64,000 bases of DNA, from NCBI GenBank assembly GCA_951406725.2, contig OX597822.1, positions 68,696,001-68,760,000 on the forward strand. The letters run 5' to 3'. Source of the stretch: Octopus vulgaris. Taxonomy: Eukaryota. Both the position numbers and the translations under genes were made by a program. How positions within the stretch are numbered: position 1 is the first letter of the stretch; every line of letters starts with the position of its first letter. Shown piece by piece: positions 14,734 through 26,724 of this stretch. The notes beneath the pieces are model-generated. The model did no database searches. It saw only the letters and a list, made by a program, of their open reading frames with translations, and was not told where the DNA came from.

Positions 14734-15348
14734 TAATTCACCTTTTTTCTCTCTTACTATCTGGAAGATATCAGCTGTGTTCCACCAAGTTTGAAATGAT
14801 ACCTGCCAAATATCACAACAGTGCTCCTACAACTCCATCAGGAGTTACAACACCATCCACTGTCCAGACAGCAGTCCAGCAACTTAGCCCTATTGCCATT
14901 ATGCATTATTAATTAATAAGCATCCTAATGTGATTATTTTTGATTAGATACATTAACTAATCTTTTATCTTTTACCCATTTCAGTTATTGGACTGTGACC
15001 ATTCTGGGGCACCAACTTGAATGGTTTAAGCAAATAAATCAATCCCAGCACTTATTTATTTTTAACTCTGACACTTATTGGTCTCTTTTTGCGAAAATGC
15101 CAAGTTATGGGGATGTAAACAAACCAACACAGGTTTTTCAAGTGGTGTGGAGACAAACAAATTTTTTTCTATCTAACAAATTCACTCACAAGGCATATAG
15201 AGGCTATAACAAAAAACACTTGCCCAAGGTGCTGTACAGTAGGACTGAACTAGTAACAAACATGGTTGCAAAGTAAGCTTGTTAACCACACAGCCATGCT
15301 TGCACCTAGTGGAAAACATTTTGTCAGTCACACGTATCAGCTTCTGTA

Positions 15349-15568
15349 TAAGGGGGTGCTGAAAAGTCCCTGGTTTTGGGTAAAAGAAAATACAGGAGGA
15401 TCAGTTGATTATGATTTCATTCAACATATTCCCCTCTCAGATTCACACACTTGTTGTGGTCATCTTTCAGTTTTTCTAAGCCCCATAAAAAAAACTCAGA
15501 AGGTTGGGCCTCCAAGCAGACCTTTCGCGATACTCTTGAAGTCAGGAACTTTTCACCACCACCCCTCA
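15349..15568. mobile_element. Tc1/mariner MITE
   Basis: TIRs aggggg-tgctgaaaagt / acttttca-cacccct flanked by TA. A second copy lies at 16087-16305. Confidence 0.75.
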
Positions 15569-15581
15569 TATATGTATGTAT

Positions 15582-15617
<36 letters not shown>

Positions 15618-15769
15618 CATCATCATCATTTAGCATCTGTTTTCCATGCTAGCATGGGTTGGACGATTCAACTGGGGTCTGTGAAGCCGGAAGGCTGCAT
15701 CAGGCCCAGTCAGATCTGGCAGTGTTTCTACGGCTGGATGCCCTTCCTAACGCCAATGTATATATATAT

Positions 15770-15816
<47 letters not shown>

Positions 15817-15824
15817 CATATATA

Positions 15825-16060
15825 GTCAATCCAAACATGAACAAGTAAGAAAAAACAACAACGCAAGTATGTGAAATAAATACAGTGTTATTGGACGCTC
15901 AGGAAAGGAAAGAAAAGAAAGAGGATTTCACGTTTCGAGCGGAGCTCTTCATCAGAAATATAGAAAAAGTCCAAAGATGGGAAGACGGAGAAAGAAAATT
16001 GCCAACGATGCAAATGGGGTCACATATTGAAATGACTGGAAGGGAATGGTTGAAGAAATA
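15825..16060 (-). mobile_element. Penelope-like (PLE) pLTR-type fragment inserted in a microsatellite
   Basis: Contains a minimal HHR (next feature). Shares ttcctgagcgt and a T-rich 3' end with 25750-25940. Flanked by (CA)n/(TA)n. Confidence 0.6.
15925..15959 (-). ncRNA. Minimal type I hammerhead ribozyme motif
   Basis: Minus strand reads attt-CTGATGA-a-gagc-tcc-gctc-GAAA-cgt-g-aaat. Core is canonical, with stem II GAGC/GCTC, palindromic ACGT stem III and stem I ATTT/AAAT. The triplet is GUG, so this copy is probably inactive. Confidence 0.75.
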
Positions 16061-16086
16061 CATACATACACACACACACGCACACA

Positions 16087-16305
16087 CAAGGAGGTGCTGA
16101 AAAGTTCTTGGCTTTGGATAAAAGAAAATACTGGAGAATCAGTTAATTACGATTTTATTCAACATCTTCCCCTTCTCAGATTCGCACACTTATTGAAGCA
16201 GTCCTTCAGTTTTTCTAAGCTCCATAAAAGAACTCAGAAGGTTGGGCCTCAAGCCAGGCCTTTCACAATACCCTTAAAGCCCAGAAACTTTTCAGCAATC
16301 CCTCA
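16087..16305. mobile_element. Tc1/mariner MITE (second copy)
   Basis: Homologous to 15349-15568 with the same TIRs. Confidence 0.75.
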
Positions 16306-16745
16306 TATACAAATGGTACTTACTTTAGATATTTTTACCTTACACAAAAAGTCAAAATTGAAACCACATCAACAGGATTTAAGTTGAAAGGACAATACCA
16401 AATACCATTTCTCACTCTTTACTAGGCCTCCTTCCCTTAGTATAAATATAATAAAACTTAATAGTCAAGTGATTTCTAGTAGAGAATAATATATCAAATG
16501 TGACTGCTTCCACCACACCAATTCCATTGATTCCTGTTATGTCAACATTTCTACTATAGATGTTATTGATCTGTGCTCAGCATATCCGCCTAGATATTAC
16601 AAAAAAAAAATATATAAAAATTTTTTTTTAAATAAAAAGAAAAGAGACTATTAATATTTTATAGCAGTTAATTAACGTGTATCATTTTCAGCTCACTGCA
16701 GTCATCTAGATTTTCTGATCTTTTAAAGAACCATCATTATTATCA

Positions 16746-16791
<46 letters not shown>

Positions 16792-17458
16792 CATTATTGT
16801 GGCAGTGGTGGTGGTGGTGGTGATTTGGTAGAATTGTTCAAGCATTGGGGAAAATGATTTGTGATATTTGTTCCGGCTCTTTATACTCTGAGTTCAAATT
16901 CTGCCAACATCAACTTTACCATCATCCTGCCAGGGTTAATAAAATAAAGTACCAGTTGAACATTGGGGTCAATGGTATCAACTAATTAATTCCCCTCAAA
17001 AAATTGCTAGCTTTGCACTTAAGCCAGAAACAATTATCGTTATTATTATAACTAATAAGGTGGCAAGCTAACAAAATCATTAGCACGTTGAACAAAATGC
17101 TAAGCAGCATTCTGTCTGTCGTCACATTCAGAGTTCAAATTCCACCATGGTTGACTTTGCCTTTCATCCTTTCGGGGTCAATAAAATAAGAACCGGTTGA
17201 GCATTTTGAAGTCGATCTAATCAACTTATCCCTCCCATGGAATTGCTGGCCTTCAGCCAAAATTTGAAAGCATTGTTATTATTGTTATTATTATTATTGT
17301 TATTATTATTGTTATTATTTATTATCATCATCATCATCATCATCATTAAAGTAACAAACTAGCAGAATCATTAGCATACTGGACAAAATGCTTAGTGGCG
17401 TTTCAAAGGGCCAGCCTTGTCACATTCTGTGTCACGCTGAACCTCCATGAGAACTACA

Positions 17459-17687
17459 TTAACCCTTTTGTTACCAACCCAGCTGAAACCAGCTCTGGCT
17501 CTGAGTACAAATGTCTTGTTTTCATAAGTTTTGAATTAAAATCTTCCACCAAACCTTAGTTACAATTTATGTTCCTAACACTAGCTAAATAATAACTAAG
17601 TTATTTTACTAAATTCTTTCTTATATTTAAAATTAATTGAAAGAAACACAGAGCATCTCAACAGAAATACAGTAATGGAAGGGTTAA
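17459..17687. mobile_element. piggyBac-type MITE nested in another repeat
   Basis: TTAA-CCCTT...AAGGG-TTAA with TTAA at both ends (17459-17462, 17684-17687). Related fragments at ~58540-58685 and 61075-61280. Confidence 0.75.
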
Positions 17688-18226
17688 GGGTACACATGTC
17701 TGTGGAGTACTCAGCCACTTGCATGTTAATTTCATGAGCAGGCTGATCTGTTGATTGGATCAAGTGGAACCCTCCTCATCATAACCAAAGGAGTGTCACT
17801 ATCAGTTTTATAAATGCATGCTAGAAACAACATCCAAATCTCACCCTACCATTCTCAAAGTAGGACACACTGGATAATATAGACTTAGCGATCAGAGCAG
17901 ATATAGAGGTTAAGCAATCGTAATCTAGAGAAGGATGAACCTGAGTACCATATTTGATGTGTCTTAAGACTAGGGACCATCACCACTACCACAAGCTGTA
18001 AATGTATAACCCTACAATGGACTAGCATCCTTTCCAGGAGAATGATGTGACCTCAGTCACTTACCAAGCATGGAAACCAGGTAACCTGCTTTATGAGGCC
18101 TTGGATTCAAGAAAAATAAAATAAAAAACATCAATAAACAACAGAAAACTGCATCCCTAAAAGGTACCAAACCAATTATGACCCAGTAGATTGGATTAAC
18201 TGAAAAGTGTCCAAGTTTTAGGGATT

Positions 18227-18460
18227 TTAAACCCTTTAGCATTCAGATTACTCTATTAAATGTAAGGCTTTTTTATTCACATTGTTTTGAATTTATCATA
18301 CATTGCTTTGTAGCTTTGAGATTTCGATGATGTGATTGTTTATTTTTAGAATGGCACTTCAGGGTAGGTGTGAGAGGCCAGATATAGCCAGTTTGAGCAT
18401 TAAAAAAAAAAGGTAGAATATTTGCACCGGATATGGTCAGTCTAAATGCTAAAGGGTTAA
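18227..18460. mobile_element. piggyBac-type MITE
   Basis: TIR ccctttagcatt / aatgctaaaggg bounded by TTAA. Confidence 0.75.
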
Positions 18461-19388
18461 AAATGAATGGCCAAAGTACTGTCCATTGGAAAACATTGTT
18501 GTGGGTCCTACTAAATGAGTAGTTTTTGAATTAGAAAAACAGTTTCAAGCTAAATCACAGAAGCTTAAAACACATAAACTGTAACTAAATATAACAAAGC
18601 ATTTTGTCCAAATATTTTAAGTACCTTTAACAGAGTCTATTCTGTTGCAAGCATTCAGGCTAGGACTTTGGGTTGACGGTACCTTCTTCATTCCCTCTCA
18701 CCAGTTTTGGAAGCTCTGTGAAGAGACACAGGCACTGCCACCCCACCAAGACATCATCATTATCATTCAACATCTGTTGTCCATGCTGGCATGGGTGGGG
18801 ATGGCATGACAGGAGCTGGCTTGGCCAGGGGCCACACCAGGCTCCATAATCTGTTTTGGTTTGGTTTCTACAGCTGGGTGCCCTTCCTAATGCCAACCAC
18901 TTTACAGAGTGTACTGGTTGCTTTTTAAAATGACACCAACACCAGTGATTTTTACATGGCACTAGCACCAGGGCTTTTAACGTGACACCAGCACCAGAAA
19001 AACAATTTGAAACCACATCACAGAAGCTTCAAACACACAAAATCCCCATGTTTTAGCTTCCTTTAAATATAAACTAATCCTTTACTTGCAAACACTATAA
19101 CAAGATGAACAAGTAATCTCTCTTTCTCCCCATCCCAAACCCCTCTTTTCCTCATGCCCTCATAAATAATAAGCATCTTATCAAAGTATAGCAAACTACA
19201 TTTAGAGGTTAAACAAACAGGTTTACATTTGTCATTATCTTAACCCTTGCCTGCAGTACCTTTTATGCATGATGTATATCTGCAATATAATTTTCACATC
19301 GAATTGCAGCGTGGATAATAAAACCCTCATCACCAGCCAAAGATATATCTCTTGTTCAAATAAGCCTGATAAAAGCCTAATAAAAATG

Positions 19389-19427
<39 letters not shown>

Positions 19428-19429
<2 letters not shown>

Positions 19430-19907
19430 TTTGTCTTGGTATAAAAGATGGGCTACAGCAAATATTCTGCTCAATACCACAGATTTGCTTGTCAGTTGTT
19501 TGACCGTAACCAGTTGAGCATGTCCCTTAGTGGCTGACGATATGTGCATATCTGATCACGAGCAGAAGTAGTGGGGGAGCATCATAGCCATGTGTTGAGA
19601 GGGATTCTTTGGGGGTTGAATAATTCACCTCTGGAAACATGGGTGGTTCTTTCAACATCCTTAAACAACCCTTATTCAGGGACCGTTTGAGCGGGATGGG
19701 CTACTCAACCTGAAGAAAATTCTAACTGGGCCCCACCTGCAAGGTCATGTGCTGTTTATCTTGATATGAGATCACCATGTCGCGCACATATGGTTGTGAT
19801 GCATGTGCCTGGTGTACCCTTATCAGACGGGTAGTCATGATGGGTATATTGGGCTTCGTATATTTTACCCCAGTGTCACTTTGATGGCATGAACTGCTCT
19901 CTCACTC
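19428..19907. mobile_element. Repeat fragment embedded in (AAT)n, probably non-LTR retrotransposon-derived (copy 1)
   Basis: About 480 bp flanked on both sides by (AAT)n. Homologous copy at 20014-20551. Confidence 0.55.
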
Positions 19908-19968
19908 AATAATAATAATAATAATAATAATAATAGTAATAATAATAATTATAATAATAATAGTAAGT

Positions 19969-20013
<45 letters not shown>

Positions 20014-20014
<1 letters not shown>

Positions 20015-20551
20015 TACCCTGATGCAGAACCAGGCAGTGACTCTTGTGGCTTCTGATCTTAACTGATTGGAAGTGTTATCATGTACATTGTTTTGTCTTG
20101 GTATAAAAGATGGGCTACACCAAATATTCTGCTCAATACCACAGATTTGCTTGTCAGTTGTTTGACCATAACTAGTTGAGCATGTCTCTTAGTGGCTGAC
20201 AATATGTGCATCTCTGACCACGGGCATCATAGCTGTGTGTTGAGAGGGATTCTTTGGGGTTTGAGTAATTCACCTCTGCAAACATGGATGTTTTGTTCAA
20301 CATCCTTAACAACTCTTATTCAGGGACCTTTTGAGTGGGATGGATTACTCGACCCGAAGAAAATTCTAACTGGGCCCCACCTGCAAGGTCATGTGCTGTT
20401 TATCTTGATATGAAATCACCATGTCGCACACATATGGTTGTGGTGCATGTGCCTAGTGTACTCTTATCAGACGGGTAGTCATAATGGATATACTGGACTT
20501 CGTATATTTTACCCCAGTGTCACTTTGATGGCATGCACTGTTCTCTCACTC
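20014..20551. mobile_element. Repeat fragment embedded in (AAT)n (copy 2)
   Basis: Diverged homolog of 19428-19907 with the same right end, ctctcactc-(AAT)n. Confidence 0.55.
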
Positions 20552-21473
20552 AATAATAATAATAATAATAATAATAATCCTTTCTACTGGAGGCACAAGG
20601 CCTCAAATTTGTGGGGAGGGGATTAGTCAATTACCTTGACCCCAGTGTTTCACTGGTACTTAATTTATCAACATCCAAAAGAATGAAAGGATAAGTCAAC
20701 CTCTGTGGAATTTGAACCCAGAACGTAGTGATGGACGAAATAGCTCTAAGTATTTCGCCCAGTATGCTAACAATTCTGCCAGCTCGCCACTTTAATAGTA
20801 GTAGTAGTAGTAGTAGTAATTGCTTCAAATTTTTGGCACAAGGCCAGGAAATTCAGGGTAGGATATAAGTCGATTAAATCGACCCTAAAAAAAGGATGAA
20901 AGGCAAAAATCAACCCCAGCGGAATTTGAACTCGGAACGTAAAGACGGACAAAATGCCATGAAGCGTTTCACCCAGCATGCTAACAATTCTGCCAGCTTG
21001 CTGCCTGATTTAAAATAATAGGTTCCAACCTAGGCACAAAACCAGCAATTTTAGAGGAGGAAGCTCATTGATTACATCAGCCCCCAATGATCAACGGATA
21101 CATATTTTATTGACCCAGAAAGAATGAGAGTCAATAATGATGATGATGATGATGACGATGATGATGATGACGATGACGATGATGATGATGGCGACAACGA
21201 CGATAATTGTGGGAGGAGCAGGGGGGGAAAAGGACAGACCAAATGAAATGTCAAAAAAAAAAAAAAAAAGAATGGTTAGAATGAAACATCATTACTTGAT
21301 TTTAAAGTGTTTCAAAATAATACAGTGTTGTTTCATATGATCTATCTAAGATCATAATGTAATAATTAAAATATTGGAAAGAACATCAGATCACACTTTT
21401 TCTTTCTTTCCTCTCCCACTGATTTTGTACATGTATTTCATTCCGTATCCCGTATCTGTCACCTTTTAACCAT

Positions 21474-21510
21474 CTATCTCTCTCTTTCTATATATATATA
21501 TATATATCTA

Positions 21511-21541
<31 letters not shown>

Positions 21542-21649
21542 GTCTGTCTGTTTATCTGTCTATCCATCTATCTATCTATCTATCTATCTGTCTGTCTGTC
21601 TATCCATCTGTCTATCTATCTATCTATCTATCTGTCTATCTGTCTATTC

Positions 21650-21684
<35 letters not shown>

Positions 21685-21775
21685 CATCCATCCATCCATC
21701 CATCCATCCACCCACCTATCTATTTATCTATCTATCTATCTATCTATCTGTCTGTCTATCTATCTGTCTATCTAA
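21474..21775. repeat. (TATC/TGTC/TCCA)n tetranucleotide microsatellite
   Basis: Direct reading. Confidence 0.95.
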
Positions 21776-22760
21776 CATCAATTTTTTTTTTCTATCCCTT
21801 CAATACATTTAATCTAAGCTCTCTATAAGTACACCAAAGTATATACAATGTATAGTTGTAAAGTTGTAATAGATTAATGGTAGTGGCAATAGTAGTAGAA
21901 GTGGTGGTAGTGGTGGTAAGAGTTATTGTTGTTGTTCTTATCATAGTTGTTTTCAGTCTATCTAGAAAATGTGACTTCACACTTTCTATTGTTACCAGTA
22001 AAATACAATTAGTCCCACAGAGAAGGATTTATGCATTGTGTTGACGTGTATGTCTACACTTACAGCTGCTGTTAAGGTGCTCCTGGTTATTTCTCCTTGC
22101 ACCTCTTCCTCTCTCTCTCCCACCACCACCACCATCCACTGCTACTGCTGCCACCACTGTCATCACTACCACCACCACCACCACCACCTCCACCTCCTCC
22201 TCCTTTCACACACAATGCCGGCAAGAATTACAATGTGAATAAGACCAGTGCACTCTGCTATACATTCAATGTTAGCATTAAGTTACCATGGTTTTGAAAG
22301 AAGGAAATTGTGCTGTTAAAGATAAGAGTAGCCAAGCCAGTGCCACAAGAACATCCTGCTAAACAGGTTTGGCTTTTAGAATCCAGGATCTTCTATAATG
22401 TCTATATATTTTCTAGGCTGAGAGAAGACTCAATTCAATTTTAAGCTAATGAAGCCGAAATGGAAAGCTAGAAATATTCTCAAAAAGAGTGGGGGGAGGG
22501 GGTGCCATGTGCGTCTGCACACATGTGTAAGTGTGTGTGTGTGTTTGTTTGTCAGCATGTACATGCAGAGGTTTTTGTGTGTTTGTGTGTGTGTGTGTGT
22601 GTGTGCACGGATGTTTGTGTGATTTTTGTATTTTTTTTTTGTACTTTCCGACATGAAAGTTAATCGTTACAAAAGAAATAAAGCAGAAAAGAACTTTGTT
22701 AGACATCAAGTAAATGAATCAGTTATGCTGACTAGGGAATAAAAAAAAAAAAGAATACTA

Positions 22761-22793
<33 letters not shown>

Positions 22794-23456
22794 TAATAAA
22801 GAACTGATGAAAGTATTATTATAAATTCAGAATAATCGCTTTAAAAATATGATATAATGGAAAACTCACAAAGATATAATAACCTAAAGAGTTAAGTGGA
22901 ATATGGGAGGAAAACAAGCATACATACATATATACATATACAGATACATACATACATTCACTCTACATAATAAAAATTATAGGAACTGGAAAGAGAGGAA
23001 AACTTTTTATGGTTACTTGAGTTGCTAGAAAAAGTAGCTAAATTTCTCACAGATCAGAGATTTAAAAATAAAATAAGAAAAGAATACATTGGATAATATA
23101 GTGTTCTTTTATTCTTTTCTTTGTTTCAGTCTTTTATTTGTTAGTCGAGCAAACTGACCCCAGGACTTATTCTTTGCAACCCTAGTATTTTATTGATCTC
23201 TTTTGCCGAACCACTAAGTTACAGGGTTGTAAACACACCAGCATCAGTTGTTAAGTGATGTTGGGGGTACAAACACAGACAAGAAAACATATACATATAT
23301 ATATATGTATATATATACAACTTATAAACAAGGGCAAAAGAGAAAAAGTCTAATGCCAAATATGCCGAAAATAGACAAATCGTCAATAACCATATAATTT
23401 ATCACTATAAGCACGCATATATATACACACACATACACACACACACACACACACAC

Positions 23457-23510
<54 letters not shown>

Positions 23511-23829
23511 CAGGCTTCTTTCAGTTTCTGTTTACCAAATCCACTAACAAGGTTTTGGTCAGCCTGATGCTATAGTAGAAGACACTTGCCCAAGGTGACA
23601 TGCAGTGGGACTGAATCCAGAACCATGTGGTTCATAAGCAAGCTACTTACCACGCAGCCACTCCTGTGCCTATGTACTAGAATATTCTAAAAGATATCAT
23701 CGCTATTGATGTAATGTGTTTCTTTGATCTTAGTCTGCTAGATTTAAAATGAACTGGAAATAAACAGCAATAATAATTATAGGAACTGAACAAATTTAGT
23801 AATTGTAAGTTTACTCTTTTACTAGTTAA

Positions 23830-24060
23830 AGTTGGTCGGGTCACGTACACATGATGGACAACAGCAGACTTCCCAGACAACATGTTAGGGGGGAAAGAAA
23901 TCATGGAAGACCTAAAACTGAGATTCAAAGATACTACATGAAGGAATATGGAGTGGAAAGGAATTGATCGTAATAAACAGCAAATGTCAAGAGGCTTGGT
24001 TGTCTCAGAGGACGCAGAGGGGTTGGCATAGGACTGCTAGTGATAGAGAGCAATGGTAGA
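23830..24060 (+). mobile_element. RTE-clade LINE 3' coding fragment (frameshifted)
   Basis: Translates across frames as WSGHVHMMDNSRLPRQ..GKRNHGRPKLRFKDT..WHRTASDREQW, the typical RTE C-terminus. Confidence 0.7.
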
Positions 24061-24624
24061 CCTGGTTGGCTCAATGCATGATGACGTCTCTGGGACCACT
24101 AAACTGAGACGACCTTCAGCCCCATCAAGCAAGGGCATGAAGCAAGAGCAACAAGAAGCAAGCAAGGAAATGACAAACTCAAGGTTAAAAAAACCAACCA
24201 GTATGAAGAAAGCTTATTGATTCATGCCAAAACCATGAACAGTCATAATCGCAATGACTGACTGCAGGACAGACCAGTTACAGCTAGTCATTGGACTGTG
24301 GTTATACAGGAGCAATGTATTCGGAGGTTTAATCGACCATGTCAACCCGAGTGCTTATTTTGAATATTGGTATTTATTTTATCAATCTCTATTTTCAAAC
24401 CACAGGCACATAGAAGCATGGTCATGTGGTTAAGAGGGTTGCTAACCAATCATGTGGCTTTGGGTTTGATCCCACTACACAACATCTAGGGCAAGCACCT
24501 TCTACTGTAGCCAACCCCACCCCAAGCCAACCAAGAATTTGTATGTGAATTTGGTAGAGGGGAAACTGAAAGAAGCTCTCCATGTATGTGGGTGTCTGTG
24601 CGCATGCACATATGTGTGTGTGTG

Positions 24625-24662
<38 letters not shown>

Positions 24663-24731
24663 CATATATACATATATATATATACATATATACATATATA
24701 TACATATATATATATACATATATACATATAC

Positions 24732-24798
<67 letters not shown>

Positions 24799-24905
24799 TA
24801 TACATATATACATATATATATATACAATTGCAGCGTGGAAGGTGTTTATAAGCCATTTAAGAAACACACAAAAGCCGTTCGATTCACTCCAACATTTAAG
24901 TTTAA

Positions 24906-24955
24906 TTTGTCAAAATATTTTCGTCGCTAAAATCCGCGACCTGTTCACTGACAAA
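24906..24955 (-). ncRNA. Variant type I hammerhead ribozyme (G3-C8 core), mirror copy
   Basis: Exact reverse complement of 25292-25341. Confidence 0.7.
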
Positions 24956-25291
24956 GTCCGTGCTGCATCTAAGAAAGTAACAGTTAGTTCGTCATATATA
25001 TGTACGTATGTATGTGTGTATGTATGCATACATGTGTGTATGTATGTACGTATGCATGTACGCCTGTGTATGCATGTATGTATGTATGTATGTATGTGCA
25101 TACATACATACATACATACATGCATACACATGTATGTATGTACATACATATATACATACATACATGCATACACAGGCGTATGTGCGTACATGCATACGTA
25201 CATACATACACACATGTATGCATACATACACACATACATACGTACATATATATGACGAACTAACTGTTACTTTCTTAGATGCAGCACGGAC

Positions 25292-25341
25292 TTTGTCAGT
25301 GAACAGGTCGCGGATTTTAGCGACGAAAATATTTTGACAAA
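25292..25341 (+). ncRNA. Variant type I hammerhead ribozyme (G3-C8 core)
   Basis: TTTGTCA-GTGAACA-g-GTCGC-ggatttta-GCGAC-GAAA-atat-t-t-TGACAAA. It has a 7-bp stem I, a 5-bp stem II and palindromic AATATT stem III. Confidence 0.7.
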
Positions 25342-25521
25342 TTAAACTTAAATGTTGGAGTGAATCGAACGGCTTTTGTGTGTTTCTTAAATGGCTTATA
25401 AGCACCTTCCACGCTGCAATTGTTTTCGTTTCAGCACACGATCTCAGATCAAATTACTTGCTATGCGAGTACATCTCCGTAATATATATATACATATATA
25501 CATATATATATATACATATAC

Positions 25522-25575
<54 letters not shown>

Positions 25576-25808
25576 ACACACATACACACATATATATGTA
25601 TATACATATATATATTATTATTAAGTTTGAAAATGGAGAGATTCAATGAAAATAAATTAATTTATTAATTAATTATCATCATCATCTACAATTGCTTCAC
25701 TTCACATCCAATTTAAATTACAAAACTACATACATACATACATATATATGTCGCCATGATAGATCGTTAGCCACTACACATATTTTTTTCTCTCCTTGTT
25801 TTTTCTGT

Positions 25809-25850
25809 GTCCTTTTCTGTAGAAGAGCATAGTCTCGAAACGTAAAAGAC
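25809..25850 (+). ncRNA. Minimal hammerhead-like motif (core CUGUAGA) in a PLE-like fragment 25750-25940
   Basis: tttt-CTGTAGA-a-gag-catagt-ctc-GAAA-cgt-a-aaag. GUA triplet, A6>U core variant, related to the 15925 motif. Confidence 0.6.
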
Positions 25851-25980
25851 TTTTTCTATTCCTGAGCGTTATACTAATTCATCTGTTTGTTTTGTACACC
25901 ACCTGTCTTCGTCTTTTGTTTTTTTCGTGAACTCTCCCTATACATTCATATATATATATATATATATATGAATGTATGTA

Positions 25981-26223
25981 TATTAAGGCTATTGTTGGTT
26001 TCATGTTAGGAAAAATATCTTAATAACTTAGCAATTTTTCAAGCCGATCGAGTGCTTTCATCAAATATGGAGATGAACACCATTCATGCATGTGAGCAGC
26101 ATGAAAAATTATTACGTTATTAAGATATTTTTCTTAACATGAAACTAATGGTAGCCTTTATATACAAATAAAAAAAATTTTATCCACCAATGCAGTGTTG
26201 AGCATTCATTCTCGTTGTTTGAC

Positions 26224-26224
<1 letters not shown>
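25981..26224. mobile_element. PLE-like inverted-repeat module with degenerate HHR
   Basis: Arms ~25981-26027 and ~26116-26164 are reverse complements. Minus strand 26028-26068 reads tTGATGA-aagc-actcgatcg-gctt-GAAA-aatt. Tail runs to ~26224, flanked by (TA)n. Confidence 0.55.
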
Positions 26225-26261
<37 letters not shown>

Positions 26262-26266
<5 letters not shown>

Positions 26267-26630
26267 TACAAAGTGAGATAGGGGATATGAGTGTAACCCA
26301 CTATGGGTTATCATTTATCCAATATACTACCAGTAAAGTACCCAGATGGCTAATACATAAATGCTAAGAATTGCAATGCAATTAATTCATTTATTGTAAG
26401 GTAAAATGTTTTACCTCAAATTCATAATACAAAATAAGAAAATGGAGGAATAGATTTCTTTCAATCGGTATTATCTTACTTATTGATGTATATTGTTTTA
26501 TTCTGTCTTATTCTGTTGGATTTGGATGTTCCTATTTAATATAAATAATTAATTAATAAATTATATGAATTGGTATTATCTGGAAGTTGATGATTGAAAG
26601 AAATCTATACCTCCATTTTCTTGATTTGTA
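26262..26630. repeat. Inverted-repeat module in (TA)n
   Basis: tacaaaataagaaaatggaggaatagatttctttcaatc (~26428-26466) pairs with gattgaaagaaatctatacctccattttcttgatttgta (~26592-26630). Confidence 0.6.
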
Positions 26631-26660
26631 TATATATATACATATATATGTCCACATATA

Positions 26661-26724
<64 letters not shown>

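Larger units (their letters stand above)
24824..25483. mobile_element. Penelope-like inverted-repeat insertion (600-bp palindrome plus ~60-nt tail) in (TA)n
   Basis: 24824-24994 is the reverse complement of 25253-25423 with one mismatch. Inner microsatellite-like sequence is also mirrored. Unique tail at 25424-25483, and an HHR in each arm. Confidence 0.8.

Noticed and set aside
22804-22830. ctgatgaaag motif, and similarly ctgatgag at 53281
   Set aside because: No downstream stem II-GAAA-NUH architecture.
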